Below, in pieces: positions 10,051 through 18,019 of a stretch of DNA of 64,000 nt; positions within the stretch are counted from its first letter, which is position 1; every line of letters starts with the position of its first letter. The DNA is from Alphaproteobacteria bacterium (lineage in GTDB: Bacteria > Pseudomonadota > Alphaproteobacteria > Rs-D84), in contig JAFTTY010000035.1 of the NCBI GenBank assembly GCA_017466525.1, forward strand, positions 13,039 to 77,038, given 5' to 3'. Made by a program: the position numbers and the translations under genes. The notes beneath the pieces were generated by a model. The model made no database searches, was not told where the DNA came from, and saw only the letters and a program-made list of their open reading frames with translations.

Positions 10051-11266
10051 ATTCATATCTCAGACTATCAATTGGGTTTAATTTAGACGCCTTTTTTGCT
10101 GGCATCACCCCAGATGACAATCCAACGATTATTGCCACAGATACAGATAATATTACAGGCCATATACTGAATGGTACGTTGTATCCCAATACAAATCGGC
10201 CGACGCCTTGGGACAAACCAACCCCAATGACCAACCCAATCATTGAACCAATAAATGAAATTAATACGGATTCGGACAAGAATTGAATCACAATCATGCT
10301 TTCGCGTGCACCAATTGCCTTGCGAATACCGATTTCACGTGTTCTTTCTGCGACCGATACCAGCATCATGTTCATAATTCCAATTGCGCCAACCAACAGG
10401 GAAACCGCTGCAATCGCAATCAGTAACAGTTTCATATATCCGGTGACGGTTGTCATTGTTTCCATAACCTGCTTCATATCCATGATTTGGAAATCGTCCA
10501 CTGCATCATCTTTCAGTCTGTGTCTTTGGCGCAACAGTGCAGTTATTTGTTCAATTGCCATATTGTTATCAGAAGATTCAAATAATTTCATTGCAACCAT
10601 TTGAACAGAATTTGGGAATCGTGACCCTTGCAGTCGTTTTTTTAATGTTGTGATTGGTATTATAACCATATCGTCTTGACTGCCCATTGCAGAATCGCCC
10701 TTTGCCTTGGTGACGCCAACGATAACAAATGGTGTGTTTTGTACGCGTATGACTTCGCCCACAGGATTTTTCGGCAGACCTAATTCTTCGGCTGTTTCTG
10801 GCCCAATTACCGCATATGTTGACGCGTTTCGCACGGCGGCCATATCAAAGAATGTCCCATATTCGATTTCAACATTTTGAACAGTCGTATAATCTGGATA
10901 CACACCAACCATTGATGTTGCCCAGTTTTTATTTCCATAAATAACCTGGGCTGCACCATTTTGAACCGGTGTAATTGCCATAACATCGGGCAGTTTTCCA
11001 ATAAATTCTGCGTCTTGAATGGTCAGTGTCTGACGACTGCCTGTACGAACGCCGGCCTGTTGCGCGGCGCCTGCACGAATCATAATCGTATTTGTTCCCA
11101 GTGATGAAAACTGGTCTGTGATTTGCTTTTGCACTGTTTCACCAACGGCAACCATAATCACAACCGCCATAACACCGATAATAATACCCAACACGGTCAG
11201 AAAAGATCGTACTTTATTTCCGCTGATTGACAGCCAAGATTCTTTTAAAATATCGTTAAAAGTCAT
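10049..11266 (-). CDS. ABC transporter permease, MacB/FtsX family
   Basis: N-terminal TM segment, a large periplasmic domain, then a C-terminal FtsX-type 3-TM bundle (RTREIGIRKAIGA motif). Confidence 0.85.
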   Translation of the reverse strand: MTFNDILKESWLSISGNKVRSFLTVLGIIIGVMAVVIMVAVGETVQKQITDQFSSLGTNTIMIRAGAAQQAGVRTGSRQTLTIQDAEFIGKLPDVMAITPVQNGAAQVIYGNKNWATSMVGVYPDYTTVQNVEIEYGTFFDMAAVRNASTYAVIGPETAEELGLPKNPVGEVIRVQNTPFVIVGVTKAKGDSAMGSQDDMVIIPITTLKKRLQGSRFPNSVQMVAMKLFESSDNNMAIEQITALLRQRHRLKDDAVDDFQIMDMKQVMETMTTVTGYMKLLLIAIAAVSLLVGAIGIMNMMLVSVAERTREIGIRKAIGARESMIVIQFLSESVLISFIGSMIGLVIGVGLSQGVGRFVLGYNVPFSIWPVILSVSVAIIVGLSSGVMPAKKASKLNPIDSLRYE

Positions 11267-11290
11267 ATATTATTCCCCCCTGCCCCACGA

Positions 11291-12013
11291 TTATAATTTT
11301 GCATCTGATTTTGGGATTTTTCCGTCATAATTTATTTTGCCGTCGCGAATATGAATCAAACGATTTGCATACTTTGCAATGTCAAATTCGTGTGTAATCA
11401 TCACGATTGTGATACCAAATTCTTTATTTAATTTCTTAAAGAATTGTAAAATATCATGCCCCATTTTACTGTCCAGTGCGCCGGTCGGTTCGTCTGCCAA
11501 AATTAATTTTGGATTTCCGGCCAACGCGCGTGCGATTGCGACACGTTGTTTCATACCGCCTGATAATTGCGTTGGCAAATAAGACTCGAATTTTTCCAAG
11601 CCCACTAACTTTAACATTTCGCGTGCGCGTTCAACACGTTCATGCATGGGCAGTCCACGATACATCAACGGCAACATAACATTATCCAACACCGTTCTTT
11701 TCGGCAGCAGGTTAAACTGTTGAAAAACAAACCCGATATATTCATTTCGTGCGATTGCCAGTTCGTCTGGCGACATGGTTGTAACGTCGGTACCATATAA
11801 TTCATACTGTCCACTGGTTGGTGTGTCCAGTGCACCAATTATATTCATACATGTTGATTTCCCAGACCCAGACGGCCCCATAATCGCAACAAATTCACCA
11901 GATTTGACCGTAAAGTTAATGTTAAACAAAACCTGTTGTTCGCCACCAACCTCTAATGGGAAAATCTTGTTAATATTTTTCAGCGATATAATATTTTCCG
12001 ATGATTTTTTCAT
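11291..12013 (-). CDS. ABC transporter ATP-binding protein (MacB/LolD-like)
   Basis: Walker A GPSGSGKST, Q-loop, LSGGMKQRVAIARAL signature and ILADEPTGALD Walker B. Confidence 0.93.
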   Translation of the reverse strand: MKKSSENIISLKNINKIFPLEVGGEQQVLFNINFTVKSGEFVAIMGPSGSGKSTCMNIIGALDTPTSGQYELYGTDVTTMSPDELAIARNEYIGFVFQQFNLLPKRTVLDNVMLPLMYRGLPMHERVERAREMLKLVGLEKFESYLPTQLSGGMKQRVAIARALAGNPKLILADEPTGALDSKMGHDILQFFKKLNKEFGITIVMITHEFDIAKYANRLIHIRDGKINYDGKIPKSDAKL

Positions 12014-12075
12014 TGTTTTTAGGCTCTCTCTATACCAGAAATATTATATCACCGTTGACATGAAAATAAAAACGC

Positions 12076-12105
12076 AAAATAAACACCGGCATTTGCCGGT
12101 GATTT
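12076..12105 (-). terminator. Intrinsic terminator downstream of der
   Basis: Hairpin CACCGGCATTTGCCGGTG (12084-12101), followed on the minus strand by TTTATTTT. Confidence 0.75.
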
Positions 12106-13442
12106 TAATCGTATGGATTGTCTGATTTTTCATAATCGATAACGATTGGCAAATGTTCCCATTTTAATGCGGTTGCCAACCCACGACGTAAATACCGTGT
12201 ATATGATTCTGGGATGTCAGACGCGCCACCAACATTAATTGTGATGCGCATTGGGTGTCGACCTGTCTGACGTGCGAACTTAATTTTCATTGGTCGTTTC
12301 AGGCGTGATAACGGTGGCTGTCTGTCACTAACCAATTTTTCAACGATTCTATTAATCAGACTGGTTGGTGCCTGGGTCATTGAAATATCCCATTGTTCAT
12401 AGATACGTCGGAACATATTCTGCACGCCTGTACCTGTTTCTGCCGATACGGCCAAAATCATAGGCTTTATAATTTGATGAAAAGAATTAGAGAATTGATG
12501 TTTCAGTTTTAATAACTTTTCATCACGAATTTCCGGTTCAATCAGGTCCCACTTGTTCAACGCGACACACAGTATTTTTCCTGCGTTATAGACGCGTCCT
12601 GCGATACCCAGTGCCTGGTTTTCGATATTTCGTGTTGCGTCAACCATCAGGATAACAACGTCTGCTTTGTCAATTGCATCCAACGATTTTAACGCAGACA
12701 GCGTTTCAACATCGTCTGTCACGCCCGCTTTGCGACGTAAACCGGCCGTATCCATCAATACAATATCACGCCCATAGAATTTTGTTGGAATCTTGACTGT
12801 GTCACGTGTAATTCCCGGTGCGTCCATAACAATTTGACGCTTTTCACCCAATACACGATTAACGAATGTGGATTTTCCAACGTTTGGCTGACCCAAGATT
12901 GCGATTTTGATACGTGTATCTGTGGGTTTTTCTGGTATGTCGATTTGCGTCACATCAACACCGGCAATTTTATCAACAAATTCGAATATTTCATCGAATC
13001 CACGCTTGTGTTCTGCCGATACCAATACCGGCGCGCCAAACCCCAGCTTATAAAAGTCATGAACGTTTGCCAGACGTTTTTCCGATTCGCTTTTATTGAC
13101 CAGCAACAACACAGGCGCACGTGTTTTGCGTCGTACCAGTTTTGCCCAGTCTAAATCTTCGGTGGTTAATCCGACACGCCCATCAACGACGAACAATACG
13201 GCGTCTGCACTAGCAACTGCATCGATTGCCATATTGGTTGAATCCAACGCAATCCCAGAACGCGCGTTTTCCAGGCCTGCCGTGTCGTACAGCATGTACG
13301 GACGGTTTTTAAATTGTCCAGAAATTGTATCGCGTGTGACCCCCGGTCTGTCATGAACCAGTGCGTCGCGCGTCCCCGTCAGGGCATTAAATAATGTGGA
13401 CTTTCCTGTATTTGGTCGTCCAGCAATCGTTATCTTTATCAT
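12105..13442 (-). CDS. der: Ribosome-associated GTPase Der (EngA)
   Basis: Two tandem G domains (GRPNTGKST, GQPNVGKST) plus a C-terminal KH-like domain. The ORF is open to 13556, but MIKITIAG at 13442 matches the usual start. Confidence 0.93.
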   Translation of the reverse strand: MIKITIAGRPNTGKSTLFNALTGTRDALVHDRPGVTRDTISGQFKNRPYMLYDTAGLENARSGIALDSTNMAIDAVASADAVLFVVDGRVGLTTEDLDWAKLVRRKTRAPVLLLVNKSESEKRLANVHDFYKLGFGAPVLVSAEHKRGFDEIFEFVDKIAGVDVTQIDIPEKPTDTRIKIAILGQPNVGKSTFVNRVLGEKRQIVMDAPGITRDTVKIPTKFYGRDIVLMDTAGLRRKAGVTDDVETLSALKSLDAIDKADVVILMVDATRNIENQALGIAGRVYNAGKILCVALNKWDLIEPEIRDEKLLKLKHQFSNSFHQIIKPMILAVSAETGTGVQNMFRRIYEQWDISMTQAPTSLINRIVEKLVSDRQPPLSRLKRPMKIKFARQTGRHPMRITINVGGASDIPESYTRYLRRGLATALKWEHLPIVIDYEKSDNPYD

Positions 13443-13494
13443 CACTTTTTCCATTGATTTTTTGTTATTATAAAGCAAAAATAGAAATAAGCAA

Positions 13495-14106
13495 ATGAAG
13501 GTGATGATTATGAAGAAAAAGAAAGTCGGAATATTTGGACATATTCGAAATGTCATTGTGAATCCGCGTCGCTATTTTACAAAAATTGTTGCAGACGGCA
13601 ACATGGAAGAATCAATGTTAAAGGCGTTTATATACGGCTTGATTGGTGGTGCTGCGGTATTGCTGATAAAGTTGATTGGCGGTGCGACATTTACAATTGG
13701 TTCTTTGTTTACATCGTTTATTATTATTCCTGTGTTGGCGGTTGCGTTACTGTTTGTCATGGGCGGTTTAATGATGTTGGTATCTGAAATCACGGGTGGC
13801 GAACGTGATTGGGAAATCGCGATAAAGGGTTTGGCATCAATATTCTTTATATATCCTGTTATATTGATATTGAATGCGTTGGCGTTTAATTGCACGTCGA
13901 TTTGGGTAATCAGCATGTTGGTTGACGCGTATGTTTTGTTTTTATTTTACAACATATCGCTGTATTGCATGCGCGGCAAGAAAGGCAATGTTTTAATTGT
14001 GATTGGTATCTTGGCATTGTTTATGATAACAGTATATGTCTCAGATTTTCGTCTGGGTTGGTTTATGTTAAAGAATACGGGTGCAACCTTGGCGTGTTTA
14101 TTATAA
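13495..14106 (+). CDS. Yip1-family integral membrane protein
   Basis: Short cytosolic N-terminus followed by about five hydrophobic helices, an organisation typical of the YIP1/DUF1282 family. The start is ambiguous (13495, 13504 or 13510). Confidence 0.55.
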   Translation: MKVMIMKKKKVGIFGHIRNVIVNPRRYFTKIVADGNMEESMLKAFIYGLIGGAAVLLIKLIGGATFTIGSLFTSFIIIPVLAVALLFVMGGLMMLVSEITGGERDWEIAIKGLASIFFIYPVILILNALAFNCTSIWVISMLVDAYVLFLFYNISLYCMRGKKGNVLIVIGILALFMITVYVSDFRLGWFMLKNTGATLACLL

Positions 14107-14133
14107 AAAGGCCGGCAAATGCCGGTTTTTTTT
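14105..14133 (+). terminator. Intrinsic terminator after the Yip1-family gene
   Basis: AAAAA, hairpin CCGGCAAATGCCGG (14112-14125), then T8. Confidence 0.8.
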
Positions 14134-14153
14134 ATAATGTCCGCACCCCCAAA

Positions 14154-14217
14154 AAATCCATAAATAAAACCCCATGCAGTTGCACGGGGTTTATTATTTC
14201 TGGTGGGTGGTATTGGA
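14154..14217. repeat. Direct repeat copy 1: displaced tRNA-Val 3' end (17 nt) plus its downstream hairpin
   Basis: 63/64 identical to 14332-14395; the period is 178 bp. Confidence 0.95.
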
Positions 14218-14331
14218 TTGGTCTGGCGACCGCACTGGCGCAAATCGTCACATACGTTCCGACCGCGATACATCCGTCTCGCTTTTGCTGGTTGTCGAAC
14301 CAACACCCGTTGGTTCTTGCGTCCACCACCC
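14201..14331 (-). other. tRNA-Val-derived relic or tRNA-like element, 131 nt
   Basis: The minus strand reads GGGTGGT...(117 nt)...ACCACCCACCA. This is the same 7-bp acceptor stem, discriminator and CCA as the adjacent tRNA-Val. Inside is a T-arm-like GTTGGTTCGAC, but no D arm or anticodon arm. Confidence 0.5.
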
Positions 14332-14395
14332 AAATCCATAAATAAAACCCCATGCGGTTGCACGGGGTTTATTATTTCTGGTGGGTGGTATTGGA
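14332..14395. repeat. Direct repeat copy 2, overlapping the functional tRNA-Val 3' end and its terminator hairpin
   Basis: See copy 1. The hairpin AAAACCCCATGCGGTTGCACGGGGTTT acts as the minus-strand terminator for tRNA-Val. Confidence 0.95.
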
Positions 14396-14455
14396 CTCGA
14401 ACCAACGACCTTTACGATGTCAACGTAACGCTCTAACCAACTGAGCTAACCACCC
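14379..14455 (-). tRNA. tRNA-Val (anticodon GAC), CCA encoded
   Basis: Cloverleaf folded by hand: GGGTGGT/ACCACCC acceptor, GCTC..GAGC D stem, TTACG/CGTAA anticodon stem with loop TTGACAT, and GTTGG-TTCGAGT-CCAAT T arm. Confidence 0.95.
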
Positions 14456-14467
14456 ATTGCGACACGG

Positions 14468-14519
14468 ATTATATCAAAGAATTTTCAGATTGCAAACAAT
14501 ATTTGTTATAGGTTATAAT
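14468..14519. promoter_or_regulatory. Back-to-back divergent sigma70-like promoters sharing one palindromic -35 hexamer
   Basis: TTGCAA (14490-14495) is its own reverse complement. On the plus strand, TATAAT lies at 14514-14519 (18-nt spacer). On the minus strand, TATAAT lies at 14468-14473 (16-nt spacer), 12 nt before the tRNA-Val 5' end. Confidence 0.6.
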
Positions 14520-14525
14520 ACCGAT

Positions 14526-14696
14526 TGTAATAGGGAACCTATTATGCGAGATTAGAACTCTCGCCCAACAGTCGTCTGCGCAGACGTTAATTGCTCCAAC
14601 CCGTGGTTGGAGGGCGGTAAATATGTTGAATAGCCGCTGAGCATACTGTTGTGCAAAGTTCTAACCTCCAACCACCCTATTATTCGGTGGTTTTTT
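14526..14696 (+). ncRNA. Candidate structured sRNA or cis-regulatory leader, about 170 nt, class unknown
   Basis: It has its own promoter and four consecutive hairpins (14528-14544, 14546-14564, 14572-14585, 14594-14612). It ends in an intrinsic terminator, ACCACC-loop-GGTGGT-T6 (14671-14696). Confidence 0.5.
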
Positions 14697-14716
14697 ATTT
14701 GAAAAAGGGGTTGGAA

Positions 14717-14902
14717 ATGACAACTGCTCAGGAATTAGAACGTTTACGTCAGACGCGCGGTTTTTCAATTATTGACGTTTGCAATGCGTTAAATGTCGAC
14801 GAAAAAGAATACAATCGAATTATAAAGCATAACCGCACCCCCAGTGTTTATCAGTTAATCATGTTTATTGATTTGGTTCATTGTCCGTTGGAAACAATTT
14901 AA
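14717..14902 (+). CDS. Small Xre-type helix-turn-helix protein, 61 aa
   Basis: LERLRQTRGFSIIDVCNALNVDEKEYNRI resembles an HTH_3 pattern. An AGGGG SD-like sequence lies 8 nt upstream of the ATG. Confidence 0.55.
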   Translation: MTTAQELERLRQTRGFSIIDVCNALNVDEKEYNRIIKHNRTPSVYQLIMFIDLVHCPLETI

Positions 14903-14951
14903 AATTAACTGTGGAAATAAGAAAAAATATGTATTACAGTTGACTCCGTTC

Positions 14952-15027
14952 GCCGGTGTAGCTCAGCTGGTAGAGCATCTCATTCGTAATGAGGGGGTCG
15001 TAGGTTCAAGTCCTATCACCGGCACCA
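14952..15027 (+). tRNA. tRNA-Thr (anticodon CGU), CCA encoded
   Basis: GCCGGTG/CACCGGC acceptor, GCTC..GAGC D stem, anticodon loop TTCGTAA, and GTAGG-TTCAAGT-CCTAT T arm. Confidence 0.95.
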
Positions 15028-15032
15028 CAAAT

Positions 15033-15061
15033 AAAAATACCGGCATTTGCCGGTGTTTTTT
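15033..15061. terminator. Bidirectional terminator between tRNA-Thr and convergent virD4
   Basis: A-run, hairpin ACCGGCATTTGCCGGT (15039-15054), then T-run. Confidence 0.8.
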
Positions 15062-17303
15062 ATTGTGTTAGCTCTTTTACCTGTTTTGTTTCCGGGTCAT
15101 ACACACGTGGTGCGCCTGGGTATCGCAACGCGCGGTGATGATGTGGCACCAGGTATTCTGGAATTGGTGCCGCCCTGCCCATCTTTACCTTGGCGGAAAT
15201 TTCTTTTTCTTTTGGTGTTTTTTCTTCAAAGTATCGCAGTGCTTCTGCCTCTATCGGGCGGTTATAGAACCCTTGGAACAATACCAACTGCTTGCCCATT
15301 TTCAATGTCATCAAATCCATTGGGCTGAACAGGTCTTCTTCTTTGGTGACTTCGGTATCTTTTCCGTCTGGGCCTTTTTCTTTCTTTTTTACTTTCTTTT
15401 TGCCAATCATGTCTGTAAAGCGTTGTGCCGTTGCCGGGTCATTTACACGCAGGATGATTTTTGCTGCACTATTTGCGATAACTGTATCTGCGGCCTTGTC
15501 GCCATATTTTTCAGCAATCTGGCTGATGTCCTGACCAACAATCAGGTATGAAACCTTTTGTCCACGACCAACGGCGGGTCCTTGTATAACTGCCTCTAAC
15601 TTATTCATTGTTGGCATTTCGTCCAACACGAACAGCGTTGGGTATGGCCCCAGTTTCTGACCGTGGTCCATATCTTCTGGTTTGTGTGCAATTAAAAAGT
15701 TTGATAACAATTCAACGAACATACTGGTAATTGGGCGGAATGCTGGTGCGTCTGCCACATTCATTGACAGGTATACCGTCACTGGTTTGACTTTGCCATC
15801 ACGTGGGTCAACCATACCGCGCAAATCGCCAAAGTGTAAATCAGAATGACGTGTGTGTTTATTAACCGCCGGATGACGGAAAATGTTCAAGCCGGCATTC
15901 ATTGTTGAAATAACAGAGCCACGTTCCTTGTCCGGTGTATTGGCCAGGTTAATAAGGGACGAAACAGCATCACTGTCATACGAATACAATTGGGCTTCGT
16001 TTACTGCTTCGTTCAAGAAGTCTTTCATTGGGTCTGCCATCATAACCATTTGGTCGCCTTGGCGTTTGCGTTCTTCGATTTGTTGGGCAACTTTGATTTG
16101 TCCTTCGACGTACCATGCCAAGAACATTGGTATTGATGCCTCGGCCCCGTGCCATTCTTTTGGTAACCCAGCCCAGGTTCCAACATGAACATAGTTGTTA
16201 ATATTTAATTCTCCACGTTGTAACAGCGCCATCGCTGCATACGCATTTGGATCGGCAGACATTGTCATATAATAATCCATCAACACCGCCGCATCTTGGG
16301 CATCAAATGTTCCATTTGATAATCTGGAATAGAAATAGTCATTTGCCTTGGCACGTTCAACCTTGGATACAATAAAGTTCACAAATCCCGTCAATGCTGC
16401 ACGTGCCGTATTTGACCAGTGTGGGTCCTTGGCATTTTCTTCGATGATTGTGTTAACAATAACCTGGATATATGTACTTTTTTCTTCTTCGGTTGCCGGC
16501 AGGTTTTCTGGTGACAATGGATTCCACGCCGGGTAATAGATACCTTTTTCTGGTTCGTCGCGTGCCGCCCAGTTTAATATAAACACCGGCCCAACGGTTG
16601 CGCGATATGCAGATGTTTTCAAATCTAATTCCGGTTTCGGGTCATTTACAATCATGGATACATTATCGCATTCCAAGATTGTTGGAATAACGCACCCGAT
16701 TGTTTTACCGGTACCTGCCGGTGCCAACAGCAATGCAGACAAACATTCGTCCATCTTTAATGCCTTGCCCTTGAAATAGCCCAATACCATCATAAAACCA
16801 CCAAACAGACCGTTTTTGTTCTTCCAGTCTGCGGCCATTTTTTTAATATCAGCCTCGTTCGCGACACGTGCAGTTTTCTCTTCGAATTTATCCTTGCTGT
16901 GTGGGTTAAATTCATCGGCCATTGTTGCGTCTGATAAAAAGTAATATCCGATAATTGGAATTAATGGCGCAATACATGCCCAGTCTGGACGGGCAACCGC
17001 GCGTGCAATCCATGCAGGAATTTCTGCCACCACAGACATCCCCAATGTTGTCACCATTTGATAAAGATATATACCAATCCAATGCCGTGTTGCCGGCGAC
17101 CAACCATAACGCCATATTTGTTCGGCCGGAAACGACATTGCGAACATCAGTGCGCCAATTAACCAAATTATAATTGCCCAACGTATCGACCAAAACTCAC
17201 GCGCCAATGGGGTTTGTTCATGTTCCTTGTATTTTGTGGAATCAAAAATCCCCAGGCCTTTGCCCTTGCCCGATGCTGATAAAAAGTTGAATTTTATTGC
17301 CAT
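15060..17303 (-). CDS. virD4: Type IV secretion coupling protein (VirD4/TraG family)
   Basis: N-terminal TM helices, Walker A LLLAPAGTGKT and Walker B TLFVLDEMPTM. The size of 747 aa is typical for a T4CP. Confidence 0.85.
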   Translation of the reverse strand: MAIKFNFLSASGKGKGLGIFDSTKYKEHEQTPLAREFWSIRWAIIIWLIGALMFAMSFPAEQIWRYGWSPATRHWIGIYLYQMVTTLGMSVVAEIPAWIARAVARPDWACIAPLIPIIGYYFLSDATMADEFNPHSKDKFEEKTARVANEADIKKMAADWKNKNGLFGGFMMVLGYFKGKALKMDECLSALLLAPAGTGKTIGCVIPTILECDNVSMIVNDPKPELDLKTSAYRATVGPVFILNWAARDEPEKGIYYPAWNPLSPENLPATEEEKSTYIQVIVNTIIEENAKDPHWSNTARAALTGFVNFIVSKVERAKANDYFYSRLSNGTFDAQDAAVLMDYYMTMSADPNAYAAMALLQRGELNINNYVHVGTWAGLPKEWHGAEASIPMFLAWYVEGQIKVAQQIEERKRQGDQMVMMADPMKDFLNEAVNEAQLYSYDSDAVSSLINLANTPDKERGSVISTMNAGLNIFRHPAVNKHTRHSDLHFGDLRGMVDPRDGKVKPVTVYLSMNVADAPAFRPITSMFVELLSNFLIAHKPEDMDHGQKLGPYPTLFVLDEMPTMNKLEAVIQGPAVGRGQKVSYLIVGQDISQIAEKYGDKAADTVIANSAAKIILRVNDPATAQRFTDMIGKKKVKKKEKGPDGKDTEVTKEEDLFSPMDLMTLKMGKQLVLFQGFYNRPIEAEALRYFEEKTPKEKEISAKVKMGRAAPIPEYLVPHHHRALRYPGAPRVYDPETKQVKELTQ

Positions 17304-17358
17304 GGTGTTAAGATTATACCAGAAAAAAAGATATTTATAAATCAGGAAATGAAAAAAT

Positions 17359-18015
17359 ATGAAAAATATTCCACGTATTTTTATGGGCGATAATTTAGCA
17401 ACTGGGGTGGCTGTACCTGTTGACCGGGGGACAATGCACTATTTGACACGTGTTATGCGTACGTCCCAGTGCTTGGTGTTTGGTGGCGGAAATGAATATC
17501 ATGCAACGCTGTCAGATGATGGTCGCATGTTGAATATCGGTGAAAAAACAGACCATGTTGACCCGTCAAACAATATAACATTGATGTTTGCACCGATTAA
17601 GCGTACAGATGACTTGTTAAATATGGCAACCCAAATGGGTGTTGCAACATTTCAACCTGTTATAACAGAACGCACAAACGCCAATCATATAAATTGGACG
17701 CGTATGGTCAAAATAGTGGTAGAGGCATCAGAACAATCCAATCGCAACAGCGTTCCAAAAATATTGCCACCGAAAAAATTCTCGGAATTGGAATTATCTG
17801 GTTTGGTCTTTGCAGACGAACGTGTTGCGCATGGAAAAGAATCGGCTTGTGCGCCGGTTGGCGCGAATGCTATCTTGGTTGGACCAGAGGGTGGTTTTTC
17901 AGATACAGAATTTTCTGCGCTGGATAATGCGGGTGCGCATGGAATATCACTGGGGAAAACGATATTGCGTGCCGAATTGGCGGCATCAATCGCGGTTGAA
18001 AAATTATTGGGGTAA
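17359..18015 (+). CDS. rsmE: 16S rRNA m3U1498 methyltransferase RsmE
   Basis: PRIF... N-terminus, PUA-like domain, and C-terminal SPOUT motif LVGPEGGFSDTE...LGKTILRAE. Confidence 0.85.
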   Translation: MKNIPRIFMGDNLATGVAVPVDRGTMHYLTRVMRTSQCLVFGGGNEYHATLSDDGRMLNIGEKTDHVDPSNNITLMFAPIKRTDDLLNMATQMGVATFQPVITERTNANHINWTRMVKIVVEASEQSNRNSVPKILPPKKFSELELSGLVFADERVAHGKESACAPVGANAILVGPEGGFSDTEFSALDNAGAHGISLGKTILRAELAASIAVEKLLG

Positions 18016-18019
18016 AAAT

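Noticed and set aside
13947-14405. ORFs of 126-152 aa spanning the tRNA-Val repeat region on both strands.
   Set aside because: They run across a tRNA gene, two terminator hairpins and the direct repeats. The internal amino-acid repetition only mirrors the DNA duplication.
14201-14696. Possible two-piece (circularly permuted) alphaproteobacterial tmRNA, suggested by ...ACCACCCACCA followed shortly by GGGTGGT... and a nearby structured RNA.
   Set aside because: The acceptor stem has G3-C70, not the G3-U70 alanine identity pair. No reading frame ends in a hydrophobic ...(L/V)AA-stop tag. The 14526-14696 RNA has no T-loop or CCA end. The arrangement is better explained as a duplicated tRNA-Val 3' end.
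14952-15054. The fullest terminator stems (CACCGGC/GCCGGTG) are identical to the 7-bp acceptor stem of tRNA-Thr(CGU), hinting at a tRNA-derived origin for the hairpin family.
   Set aside because: Only three of the ten intergenic copies (10027, 12084, 36551) carry the full 7 bp. The shared core is CCGGCAWWTGCCGG with variable flanks, and no other tRNA-like sequence accompanies the hairpins. I judge it a possible coincidence; it is recorded but not claimed.
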